Shown piece after piece: positions 1-10,865 of a DNA stretch of 64,000 bases (position 1 is the first letter of the stretch; every line of letters begins with the position of its first letter). The stretch is from the NCBI GenBank assembly GCA_001179505.1, contig CDMY01000395.1, positions 186,001-250,000 on the forward strand, read 5' to 3'. The notes under the pieces are model-generated. The model was not told where the DNA came from. It worked only from the letters and a program-made list of their open reading frames with translations, and ran no database searches. This stretch comes from Vitrella brassicaformis CCMP3155 (lineage: Eukaryota > Protista > Chromerida). The translations under genes were made by a program, and so were the position numbers.

Positions 1-244
1 CTCCTCTCGGGACAATGAGACGGATGGAATTGCAAACACGGGCAAGGATGACGACAACAGTACGCACGAGACGCCGAGGTGGCTGCGGCACTATCGCAAA
101 TGGCAGAAGAAGCAGAGACACTCACGGAAGACCGAACACGCCACGAAGAGAGCCGACAAGAAGACCCCAGCATCGGCTCACAGCGGTGAAGATCTCCCCA
201 TCCCTCCAGCACACCGGCGAGACGTGGCGGTGCAGTGCGGCCGG

Positions 245-1470
245 ATGAAGAAACAAAACGAAAAGGAGGGACCGGATGAAGCTGACACAGCACCTGAGGC
301 GCCGACAGACCAAACCAACACCATAACAGCCAGCAGCAACAACAACACCAACAAGATCAACAATGACCAATCAGCCGACGCGGCAATGGGGGCAAAAAAA
401 ACTCCCGTATGCGAAGAGCCAGCGAATGCGCCGCCCCCGGAAGCAGCTGACAATCCGGCCGTGACAGAGAGACATGAGAAGGCCGCGTGGACCACGCCGC
501 AGCGCGAGAGCGGCCCAAAGCCGACATCGTCTCCATCTCGGCAGACAGACGACCGGTCCCCGCCCTTCACAGGAAGGCGAGTCCTCTCGTCCAGCACGCG
601 GCTCTCATTCACGCCCTCATGCTACAGCACTGCCGCGGCATCTGCCCGCTTCTCAGCCAGGCTCCCCTCCCCCTCCCACGGTCGGCCGTCAGGCCCTTCT
701 CTGTCCCCTAAGAAGCCCTTTCCCACTTTCCCGCCACCCCCACCACCACCCCGCCACTCGTCGTCATTTGTGAGGCGAGCGCCGGTGCACTGGACGGCTG
801 AGCACATGTCGTATGCTGCATCGTGGGGCGGCCACCGCCACGGCCATGTGCACATGCACTGTGGCGGGGCCAGGATGACGAGGTGGTTTGTGAGGTCCAG
901 GTCGGCTTTCAGCGGGCGGCAGGGAGGTGCTGCTGCTGCCAGTGCTGCCAGTGCTGCCACTGGTCTTCAGGGTGGGTATCGGCCAGGGACGGTTCACTCG
1001 TTTAGGGCATCGTCGCGGCGAGAGGCCCCCGATCGAAGGAGTGAAGAGCATGTGAGGGTGCAGGTGAGTGGGCACATGAGCAGGCAGGTACGAGTGAGAC
1101 ACATGTGTGTCGGGCGGGGTGCATGCAGGACGAAATGATCACGGAATGCCAAATCCGGCAGCGACTGGTGAAGTCGAGTTGACACATTCATTCACCAACC
1201 AAATGAGATTGTGCGAGTCAGTGATAGCTTCACGTCTGTGTCCTGCAGGCTGAGTTGTTGTGTCTGCCGATTGAGGAGCGCAGGAGACATCTGCGCACGA
1301 TGCTCTTCGAGTGGCACCCGGTCGGTATACAACAGATGCACGTGCTGTGATGGGAATGGGTGTGGAGGCGACTATGTGTGTGTGTGCAGGACAAGAATCC
1401 TGACCGTGAGTCGCTGGCTACGCGCATCTTCCAGCTCATACAGAGCAAAAAGAAGATACTCGTCAACTGA
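245..1470 (+). CDS. Multi-exon protein with low-complexity N-terminus and C-terminal sacsin-type DnaJ (J) domain
   Basis: Joining exons 1249-1320 and 1390-1470 across a GT-AG intron gives AELLCLPIEERRRHLRTMLFEWHP|DKNPDRESLATRIFQLIQSKKKILVN*. This contains the HPD motif and resembles the sacsin J domain ([24 protein letters not shown]). The N-terminal part is an open low-complexity frame from ATG 245; its internal splicing is uncertain. Confidence 0.7.
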
Positions 1471-2075
1471 CTGACCCCCTCGTGTGGACGTGCAGCGTCT
1501 GTGTGTGTATGTTTGTTGAGAGGCGCTGTTGGGGTTGAAGCTGACGCGAGCAACAGTGCCGTTGAAACTGACTTGACGGCAGCATGTACATGTTGGTCTG
1601 CTCATCTGTCCGTGAAGGCATCCGTCTGTGTGCCTGGCTGACGTACCTACCTGTCTGTGTGCCATATCAATAAAGCACTAAACTGCAAAAAGGCTGCTAC
1701 ACGAAATCGCCATCCTCTCTGAAGCAAGTGCGCCCTCCACCACAAAAAGGCATATCCCCGCCCCAAAGAGCCGACCCAACTCTGACTCACTCTGCAAAGA
1801 AATCGCTCCGCTACTTTGAGCCCGCCAGTCGTCTCTTACTAAAAACGAAAAAATCGGCGCACATACGCCCAGAGCAAAAAGACGGCGTCACCTTTCACCC
1901 TTTCACAGGCCAGTGTGGCAACACACACACATGAGAGGGCGTGGCGTCGGTTGGACCAACTGTCCACCCAATTAGTAACGGCGGACCCGTCGTCTGCTCC
2001 CACACATCACTCACAGGCATGGGGAGCAAAAAAGGAGATGCTGCATAAAAACTGACCTCGACCAGCTCAGTCAAT

Positions 2076-2907
2076 TCAGCACGTGTGCCCTCGATGGTAC
2101 ATCTGACACACACTACACCAGCCAACCAGCCCACAGTTCCCTCCCATCCATCCATCTGGCTTGCTGACCGACCTTGAGGTGTGTGGGTGGAGCCGCCGTG
2201 ATGTACCCAAGCGTGTCGTCAGTGATCAGCACGCCCCCTCCCTCAGGCACAGTCAGCTGCCGCGTCACCCGGCCGCGGTGGTCCAACACAATGCGCCCAT
2301 GCCGGTCTATCACCACGTACCTGCACACACCGCGGTAGACCTGTGTGTGCTGCATCTATACCATGGAGATGTACTTGTACTGGAATGTCCCCGGGGGCAT
2401 TTCCACGGACGCCGCCCACTCGCCGCAGGGCTTCTTCTCCAGAGCCAGCACACGGTTCCAGTAGCCAAGCGCATGACAGTCACCCATCACCCCGACTGGC
2501 CAACCAACCAAACACACACACACACACACAGTGGACGGAGTCATGAGTGTGTGTGTGTGTTGCCCTACTTGTTTGGTTGGGCATCCTGTGCTCAAGCCAC
2601 AGCACCCGGAATATGACGGTCACGCCAGGCGGTTGGCCGGCCACTTGGCGAGAATGGGAATGTCGCTGACCCATCCTCGGCTCGTACGATAAAGTGACAG
2701 ACGCGACAGCTGCACAAAGCCGAACACACATCATGACATGATGATAGATATCCGCCCCAGTGCGTTCGTGTGTGTCGGTCGCTCGACCTGTCTGTGTCCA
2801 AATGGCGTGTGAAGCACAGCCAACAGCTCCAGGAGCAGCTCCGCACGGGATGCGGCACAGTGGATGACGAACTCGATGGAGATCTGACGCTTGGCGGCGA
2901 TCGTCAT
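2076..2907 (-). CDS. Small CBM20 (starch-binding domain) protein, multi-exon
   Basis: Spliced pieces VTVIFRVLWLEH / VGVMGDCHALGYWNRVLALEKKPCGEWAASVEMPPGTFQYKY / VVIDRHGRIVLDHRGRVTRQLTVPEGGGVLITDDTLG follow the CBM20 pattern (G-x4-LG-x-W ... W ... F-x-YKY ... R-x-L). The start codon is uncertain. Confidence 0.7.
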
Positions 2908-3093
2908 GAGTGCGCGAAGCAGAAAGACAGCAAAGGGCAAAGGTGAGATCAGATGGCCTTCTCTCCTTTCCGTGCGTTAACGTCACGGAAAGCGACCAGA
3001 GCGTCTGATCTCGAGTGCGAGCTGGAAGGATCTGCAAGTTGAGCTCCAAAATAAAAATCTCGCTGTCCTATAATTCTCCCCACTGCCACAAAG

Positions 3094-6000
3094 ATGAACC
3101 TGGAAAGGACGTGTGTTCTGTGGTCGGTTCTGTGCTTCTTGTGGGTCTCAGCGAGCATAAAAGCTCTGGCTGAGAACACGCCACCCAAGAGCTTCTGGGC
3201 TCTTTTCTTGCTGGCATCGTCGAAGAGGTCCCTTCTGGGACTACCTGTCGCAGGCTTCTTCTTCGCCCTCCTCGACATCCCTTCCCTCGCCGCTCTGGAC
3301 GCGCCCTCCCCCACCCACTCTCTCAGCTGGTCATCGTATGACGAGCCGCCGGCTTTTGGCCCGTTCCGCTATGTCTATCCCCGACCAGGCCACACGGATC
3401 TCCCCGGCTACATCACCATCGGCGTGCGTGGAGGTGGCGGGGAGGTCGACCCTTCATCAGTCGGCGGCAAGTTCGTGGTGACGGGAGCGAGGTCGGGCAA
3501 CAGGGGCGGGGTGGTGAGGGTGGCCAAGGACGACAGGACGGTGCTCTTCCTGCCGCACCAGGCCTTCCATGACAGCGAGATGGTCACTGTGGATGTCTTG
3601 CCGGGTATTTGGGTGAGGAACGAGACCACCGGAGGGCTCGATGAGCTGGGAGGCTACAGCTGGTCATTCAGGACGGGAATGCGGCCGGGCGACACGCTGC
3701 TGCGGAGCGACGAGGTCCTCTTCACACAGAGCAACGACGCCTCCCTGTCTGAAAGCATATCCATTCTGAATCAAGACGAGCCCACCGCCACATTCTTCGA
3801 CGTGCCAAGGCTTCCTGAAGCCACTGCACAAGGCGCACCGGTTGCCCACTCGACAGCCTTTGAGGCCGGCTGGGGCAGCATCGTCCCTGACAGGCCAACA
3901 GCCACCGCCGGTAGCACACTCCAGAAACTGCAGGCCGACACCCTGCAGATCTATGACGACGACACGACCGACGGCCCACCGCTGATGGATGGCGATGACA
4001 TTCTGGACGAATACGTGGAGACCTGGATGGCAAATGACGACAGCATAGAGGGCGCCACCGGCCTGAGGGCAAGCGTGGCAGCCCAGTGGTGGGGTGAGGT
4101 GGAGGGGGGCCTACCGCAGGAGCTGGGAGACGCGAGGACGTGGGTGAGGACCGACATGTACAAGACGCTGCCTGAGGACTTCCCGCCCATCGCCAGGACG
4201 GTGGTGGGGAACTTGAGCAATGCCGCCGGGGGGTACATATTTGTGGCCACCATCGGGCATCCTGACAGACAGTTCAACAACTTCCTGCTCATACTGGGTG
4301 AGGGAGAGATGAGAGGGCGGGATTGCGTGTGTGCAGCATGGGCTGCGGCGTGTTGTCTTGTCTTGTATGTCAGAGACGAGCGGCGAGCCGGTGTGGTGGC
4401 AGCGTCTGGATGAGAGGAACGAGAACTGGAGGGGCTGGTCTGTCAGGGACTTCAAGAAACACCCGACAGGGGTGCTGTCATGGCACGACAGCCACAAACA
4501 AGTGGGTGGGCAATCATGCACAGCACCCAGACACACGTGCATCCACCCACACACACATGCGTATGCCCAGGGGTGGCATATTGTCAACGACTCGTACGAG
4601 GAGGTGGGCTTCATCGAACCCAAGCACACCTACCGCTCCAACGGCCACTGCTTCGTCATCGGCGACAACGGCCACGCCCTCCTACTTGCAAACCGATTCC
4701 GCTCGGGGCTCGACCTCTCAGCCGTCCTCGATGGCGGCTCGCACAAGGCACAAGTGCTGGACTTCGCCATCCAGGGTGAGCAAAACCGGCGGCATGGATG
4801 GCCTCTGTGGGAACACTGGATGACCTCCGTGTGTGTGTCAGAGTTGGATGAGGACGGTGCCGTGTTGTTTGAGTGGACGAGCTGGAACGACCTGCCCATC
4901 GGCCGGCAGTATCTGGAGTCGCGGCAAGACCCCAAGGAACTCTTCAGCAACAACGTCGACCACCTGCACCCTAACAGCGGTCAGCACAGAGGGACACGCA
5001 GGCACGGAAAGCCCCCTTGACATACACCGTGCGTGAATGTGTTGCCTTCAGTGGATTGGACCCCCGACAACCACATCCTTGTGTCACTTCGCCACTTGGA
5101 CCAGGTCATCAAGATCGACAGAGACACCGGTGGGTCCGCAGGTAGAAAGGCAGAACGCCATTTGGACACACTCGTGCGCGCGTTCAGGCGAGATATTGTG
5201 GCGTCTCGGCGGGGCGTCGAGCGACTTTTCGTTTGTCAACGACACAGATCGGGGATTCACCTACCAACACGACGCCAAGATGACACAAATCGACCCACGT
5301 AAGCACCACGGCACGACCGTATTTGTGTCTGTGAGCGTCATGATGTGGTTCATGTCAGCCATCGTGACGCTCTATGACAACGGCAACCGCAAGTCGCCGG
5401 AGCGGAGCCGCGCGGTGGCCTACCAGCTCGACGAACACAGCAGGACTGCCACACTCATTTGGGAGCACAGACACCAGCCCGAGGACGTCTACGGCCTCGC
5501 AATGGGCAGCCACCAGACGCTGTCGAACGGCAACACGGTGGTGGGCTGGGCGGGCGTGGAGCCTCAGCGCAACCCCTTCTACACCGAGCTGGACGGTGCC
5601 AGCGGCACCACAGTCGTCGAGCTCCAGTTCCTCCAGCCCTGGACCTCTTATCGGGCCTTCAAGGGCGAGTGGGCGGGGCGGCCGAGGACGGCCCCCACCC
5701 TGCTGCTGGATGTGTCTGGTGGCGACAACGTGAAGCTGAGGTACTCGTGGAACGGGGCGACACAGGTGAGGCGGTGGAAGGTCTATGCTGGCACTGACCC
5801 AGAGGCTCCCGACCAGGTGAGAAAAACACGCATTGCCGGCCAATTGGTGATGCGTCTCTCTCTCTCTCTCTCTCTGTGGGGCTCGTGTGTGTGTAGTTGA
5901 TATGGGAGGTGGCCAAGTGGCGGTATGAACAGTGGATCGACTTCAACAAGGCCCGAGATATATTCGAGCAGTGGACGCCCATCGACCAGTGTATACACTA

Positions 6001-6615
6001 CCAAGTCGTCCCCGTAGACAATGAGGGTCAGCCACCCACCCAGCCAGCAGACAGCCCCAACCGAGACACACACACACACAAAATGTGTGTGTGTGTTCAG
6101 GCAATCCGATGACCCCCTCTGCGATCGTGTCATCGCCCTGGTGTGAGTCGCAGGGCGCCCTGTGTGCACTCGACGACCAAACCAGGCGGGACTGTGCCGC
6201 AGACCACCCATTCATCAAAGCACAGGAATGCCACAACCGCGGCTGCTGCTACCGCCCCTCCGACACAATGACGTCCCCCGACTCCCCACCATGGTGCTTC
6301 CACCCAAGGGCCGCAACCGACCAGCCCCAAGCAGAGGGATACTCACTCACATGCACCACAGACAAGTCCATCGCCGCCCCCTGTGGCGTGCCGGGGGACT
6401 GGGAGGCGGTGTGCAGGTCGCGGGGCTGCTGCTGGAGTGAGCAGGGCGGGGCGCCTGTGTGCTACCACGCGCAGTGGACGTGTGACGGTGATGTGGCGGA
6501 GAACCGGCGTGAGTGCGGTTATGCTGGTCTGGGTGAGGATGGGTGTCACAGTAGGGGGTGCTGCTATGGGGAGACGGACAGGCAGGGCGTGCCGTGGTGC
6601 TACCAGCCCAGATGA
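3094..6615 (+). CDS. Secreted arylsulfotransferase (ASST, Arylsulfotran_2-like) with N-terminal Ig-like domain and three C-terminal trefoil (P-type) domains
   Basis: Hydrophobic N-terminus. ASST motifs are recovered across spliced exons: ELDEDGAVLFEWTSW, DHLHPNSVDWTPDNHILVSLRHLDQVIKIDRDTGEILWRLGG, FTYQHDA, LYDNGN, MGSHQTLSNGNTVVGWA, SYRAFKGEWAGRP, YSWNGAT. The last exon has three C-x9/10-C-x8/11-C-x3-GCC-x(9-15)-C-[FY] units. Confidence 0.88.
6160..6610 (+). other. Three tandem trefoil (P-type) domains
   Basis: CALDDQTRRDCAADHPFIKAQECHNRGCCY...PWCFHP; CTTDKSIAAPCG...VCRSRGCCW...PVCYHA; CDGDVAENRRECGYAGLGEDGCHSRGCCY...VPWCYQP. Confidence 0.85.
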
Positions 6616-6867
6616 GTGGATGGATGGATGGATGGAGGGTCGTTTGTGTGGCGTGTTTGTTTGTTTGTTGTGCATATGGAGGCAGGTCGTGTGTATGTCT
6701 GTGCTGTCGATGTATCTATAGGTGGTATATAAACATGAGCAGCAGCAGGTTGCCGCACTGTTGTGTGTGTTAGGTATTTGTCTGCTTGTAGGAACGAAGG
6801 CCGATAGTGTCCAATGGCAACCCACACACACTCTCTGTGTGTGTGTGTGTGTGATACATATGTTGGG

Positions 6868-7350
6868 GTATATAAACCGTGTCGCGTGATATCACTGTCG
6901 TGTGTGTGTGTGTGTGTGTGTTCGTTTCATGTAAGCTCACTCACAGTGACAAGACAATTTAGGTTTGGTGGCTGGCTGGCTGGAGTGTGTGGGTGCATCG
7001 ATGGACGGATGGATCAAGGGTGCAACCAACGTTCAATGACGTGTTTGACTGACTGATTCATGCGTGTGCTGATGCACAGCGCATTCATTGATCAAACTGA
7101 ATTCGACGCAGCCAGCCATACCACCGCACTCCATCGCGTCAGCAGCACACACACAACAGAGCCGCCCGTCCACCCATCCATTCATCAGCGATATATATCT
7201 ATGGTATGTATCTACACCGTACCGTCACTGTCCGTCCCCCTCGCCCACCTCACTCACTCAGTCACTCACATGCCCTCCTGAGGATTGGCCGCCTTCTTGT
7301 TCTTCGGCTTGCCCCAGTCGAATGCCTTTTCGATCTCCATCCACTCATCC
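6868..7350. repeat. Local segmental duplication, copy 1 (last exon and 3' flank of the 7.3-kb gene)
   Basis: Near-identical blocks to about 8712-9315, e.g. atcagcgatatatatctatggtatgtatctacaccgtaccgtcactgtccgtcccc and ccctcctgaggattggccgccttctt...gatctccatccactc. Confidence 0.9.
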
Positions 7351-7658
7351 GAAGAGATGTACGGCTCAGCAGCTGCCACACACATGCACATGCCGCTCCA
7401 AAAGTGTCTGTCTGTCATCTCCCGCATCCATCCCGCTCACTCACCCACTTCAGTACCGAAGTAGTGTCGGCCGCTCTTCTGCGCGTCCTGAGGGTTGGGC
7501 TCGTCGCCCAGGTCATCATCTACATCCACCGACGCCACCGACGCCAGGTCGTCATCAATGCCCTGCGGCCCGTCGTAGCCGAACTCGTCATACCCGTCAT
7601 AGGGGTACTCCTTCTCGCCATCGATATCGCCAGGGCCGTCACCGCTGAACGAATCCAT
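7266..7658 (-). CDS. Small acidic hypothetical protein (two exons)
   Basis: MDSFSGDGPGDIDGEKEYPYDGYDEFGYDG...GRHYFGTE, then a GT-AG intron, then AAEPYISSDEWMEIEKAFDWGKPKNKKAANPQEGM*. No family recognised. Confidence 0.55.
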
Positions 7659-8005
7659 GAGGAGAACCCCGGCCACTTAGGACATTGCGTGAAACCGCTC
7701 TCCCAAACCCAAACCCCAAAAGCCGTATATGGCGCAGAGATTTCCCGTCAGATCCCGGCATAGTTTGCTCAAAACTCTCACGCCAAGAAAGAGCAGATCG
7801 AACGAATCAGATGACATCCTCGCACCGCCCGTGCGATAGATCTCTCTGCTGTCCTTCCACCGTTCTCTTCTCTCTGTCGTGGTGTCCCATGGGTGGTGTC
7901 TCTGTCTTGGCCTCAGATCCCTTCCCGGCTCATCGGCATCTGTTCTGCCATCAGTCCCTCACGTTCTCTTCGGCAGCGGAACGACTCCTCTCAAGCTTCT
8001 CCCCA

Positions 8006-8582
8006 ATGACGAAGCCCATCCTGCGCCTTGCTGTCGCCGTCCTGCTGGCCGCTGCTGTGTGCAATGCGGTGTGACTGAATACACAAAGGACGCCAACAAG
8101 TGGTCATCCTTGGATTCTTATTGTGTTGCTCTGTCTGTCTGTCGTCTGTCTGTGAGCAGGGGAGGAACATCTACGTTTCCAATTCGTGCTATGAGGGGAT
8201 TGATGTCGCCCTCCACTACCGAGATTCGAGCCGCGGGTGGGTCACCGAATGCTGGTGGTCAGTCGAGCCGCACACAGGGGATTTCCTCGCAACCAGCGGC
8301 AGCCGCATCCAGACCGATAGCACGTCGATGTACCACTTCGCGGAGACCTTCAGTGACGGGAAGCTATGGTCGGGCAGCAGCCTGAGCACAATGTGTAAGG
8401 GCCGCTCTCTCAGCATGACACCAACGAACAGCCGCATCGGACCGGACGGCAACGTGTACGTGAACTTCTCGTGCCCGAACCGTCGCCTCCGGGCGGGTGT
8501 TGCTGACGAGATCCTCCCCGAGGACATAGAGCTCAAGCACAAGAATGCCAATATCACGACTTCCGCTCGGGCTCACGCGTGA
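8006..8582 (+). CDS. Small secreted protein, DUF1036-like
   Basis: Signal-peptide exon MTKPILRLAVAVLLAAAVCNA is spliced to GRNIYVSNSCYEGIDVALHYRDSSRGWVTECWWSVEP...MYHFAET. This resembles the DUF1036 pattern (N-x4-I-x-VA-x2-Y-x-D-x3-GWVTEGWW-x-I-x-P ... YYYAE), recognised from memory only. Confidence 0.6.
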
Positions 8583-8711
8583 GGTGTGTGCGCGTGAGGC
8601 GGGGGCGGGCGCGGCGCTCGGACACGTTCATGCCTTCATGCATCCGCCTCTTTTTCGGCCGTTTGCCTTTTTGTGTGCTTAGTATGCGTCTATAATACAT
8701 AGTGTTTGCCT

Positions 8712-9315
8712 ATATAAACCGTGCCACGTGCAGCATTTTTGTGGTCGCCTGTGTATCGTGCGCGTGCCGTTTTCTCTCCTGGACGCTTGCAGTAGACAAG
8801 CTGATTTAGGTTTGGTGGCTGGCTGGAGTGTGTGGGTCCATGCGTCGATGGACGGATGGATTACGGCCACGCTGATACCAGTGCGTGAGTGACGTGTCTG
8901 ACTACTGCCTGCATGTACTGATGCATAGCACATTCAGTCATCCAATGAAATTTCGATGCAGCCAGCCACACCACCGCACTCCATCGCGTCAGGCACACCC
9001 ACATACATACATACATACATACATGTCAGCACAACACACACCACAACCAGCCGTCCGTCCGTCCATCCATTCATTCATCCACTCACTCACACATCCATAA
9101 GGAATGCTGTCGTCTTCCTGATCCCACCCATCAGCCCACCCCATCAGCGATATATATCTATGGTATGTATCTACACCGTACCGTCACTGTCCGTCCCCCG
9201 CGCCCACCTCACTCACTCACTCAGCCACTCACTGGCCCTCCTGAGGATTGGCCGCCTTCTTATTCTTCGGCTTGCCCCAGTCGAATGCCTTTTCGATCTC
9301 CATCCACTCGTCCGA
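8712..9315. repeat. Local segmental duplication, copy 2
   Basis: Direct-repeat copy of about 6868-7350 with small indels in the microsatellites. Confidence 0.9.
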
Positions 9316-9918
9316 ATGAGTGCGGGTGTGTGTTGTGAGTGCGATGGTTGAGTCGATGTCGTCCGCCAGCCGTTGGCGAGTTGACGACTGACCTTGGCCA
9401 CCACCTGATGAATCACACGAGAGACCATGACACAGAGGCCGTTGTGCTGTCATTGTGTGTGGCAGTCTCGCCGCACCAGTGGTGTGATCGCAGCGGTGTC
9501 CATCTGAGTGAGTCGGCCGATGCCATTGTTGACCTGCACACCACAGCACACACAAAGAACACGAAGCAACCGATGAGCGACGGATGCACTGAATGAGAGT
9601 GATGTGTGCCGATTACCTACCCTCGTCTGATTGGTCTGATAGGCCTGAATCTGCTTGAGCATCTGATCCCTCGTCGCCATTTCACTCATCTGCTCCAAAG
9701 CGAATCACACAATCACACCCAGACAGCACACCCGATGACTCATGATATGATGCCATGATGATTCACGTGAGGGCTCGTTCTCTCACCTGAGTGGCGTTGC
9801 CATCCATCGTCGTGCAAAAGCTATGGATGAGACCGATTCCTCGAGGCCCCACGAAGCTCTGCACGCATCTGCCGTCACCGTCAACGCCTTCTCTTGTCTG
9901 GTTTCTTCTTCCTCCCAT
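9229..9918 (-). pseudogene. Probable chimeric/pseudogene: N-terminal exons of the orphan family seen at 45-47 kb fused to the last exon of the 7.3-kb gene
   Basis: Exon VVAKVSRQLA matches VVAKVNRQLA at about 46.9 kb. The next similar block (RLADDIDSTIALTTH vs HLAELAHTIETVIAQTTH) is in a different frame. It then runs into DEWMEIEKAFDWGKPKNKKAANPQEGQ*. The 5' end abuts the 267-bp array. Confidence 0.5.
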
Positions 9919-9923
9919 GACCC

Positions 9924-10565
9924 AAATGTGAGGAGGCCTGACGTTTGAGCAGGGTCAGTGCGGTGAAGGGCACACCTTACGGCTCAGACCGGTTATCTGA
10001 GTGGCGGAGGAGTTCGTGTCGTGATCCGAATTGTCCCGAGTTCGAACCCAACGCAGCTACTGAAAGCGCCACTCGAGTCAATACCGCTACAGGGTCGGGG
10101 CCGAGTTGAGTGTTTGAGGATTGTACGGAAGAGGTTTCGAGGGCAGGTCAGCCACTTGCATGTGCCAACTGGGTGAGAGCCAGAAGGTGCAAATGTGAGG
10201 AGGCCTGACGTTTGAGCAGGGTCAGTGCGGTGAAGGGCACACCTTACGGCTCAGACCGGTTATCTGAGTGGCGGAGGAGTTTGTGTTGTGATCCGAATTG
10301 TCCCGAGTTCGAACCCAACGCAGCTACTGAAAGCGCCACTCGAGTCAATACCGCCACAGGGTCGGGGCCGAGTTGAGTGTTTGAGGATGGTACGGAAGGG
10401 GTTTCGAGGGGAGGTCAGCCACTTGCATGTGCCAACTGGGTGAGAGCCGGAAGGTGGAAATGTGAGGAGGCTTGACGTTTGAGCAGGGTCAGTGCGGTGA
10501 AGGGCGCACCTTACGGCTCAGACCGGTTATCTGAGTGGCGGAGGAGTTCGTGTCGTGATCCGAAT
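9924..10565. repeat. Tandem array of 267-bp units (at least 2.4 copies, running into an assembly gap)
   Basis: aaatgtgaggagg starts at 9924, 10191 and 10458 (period 267), and the copies differ by only a few substitutions. All three minus-strand frames of the unit contain stops, and no recognisable protein is encoded. Confidence 0.97.
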
Positions 10566-10865
10566 NNNNNNNNNNNNNNNNNNNNNNNNNNNNNNNNNNN
10601 NNNNNNNNNNNNNNNNNNNNNNNNNNNNNNNNNNNNNNNNNNNNNNNNNNNNNNNNNNNNNNNNNNNNNNNNNNNNNNNNNNNNNNNNNNNNNNNNNNNN
10701 NNNNNNNNNNNNNNNNNNNNNNNNNNNNNNNNNNNNNNNNNNNNNNNNNNNNNNNNNNNNNNNNNNNNNNNNNNNNNNNNNNNNNNNNNNNNNNNNNNNN
10801 NNNNNNNNNNNNNNNNNNNNNNNNNNNNNNNNNNNNNNNNNNNNNNNNNNNNNNNNNNNNNNNNN
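10566..10865. other. Assembly gap (N run); further gaps at 23562-23861, 50994-51293, 53653-53951 and 60317-60616
   Basis: Runs of about 300 N, probably placeholder lengths. Confidence 1.

Noticed and set aside
9975-10056. Functional tRNA gene
   Set aside because: The T-stem and acceptor stem do not pair and no clean anticodon loop is present. Kept only as tRNA-like similarity.
9924-10565. CRISPR array or coding repeat (267 bp = 89 codons)
   Set aside because: The units are wholly repeated with no unique spacers, and the frames checked contain stops or give no recognisable protein.
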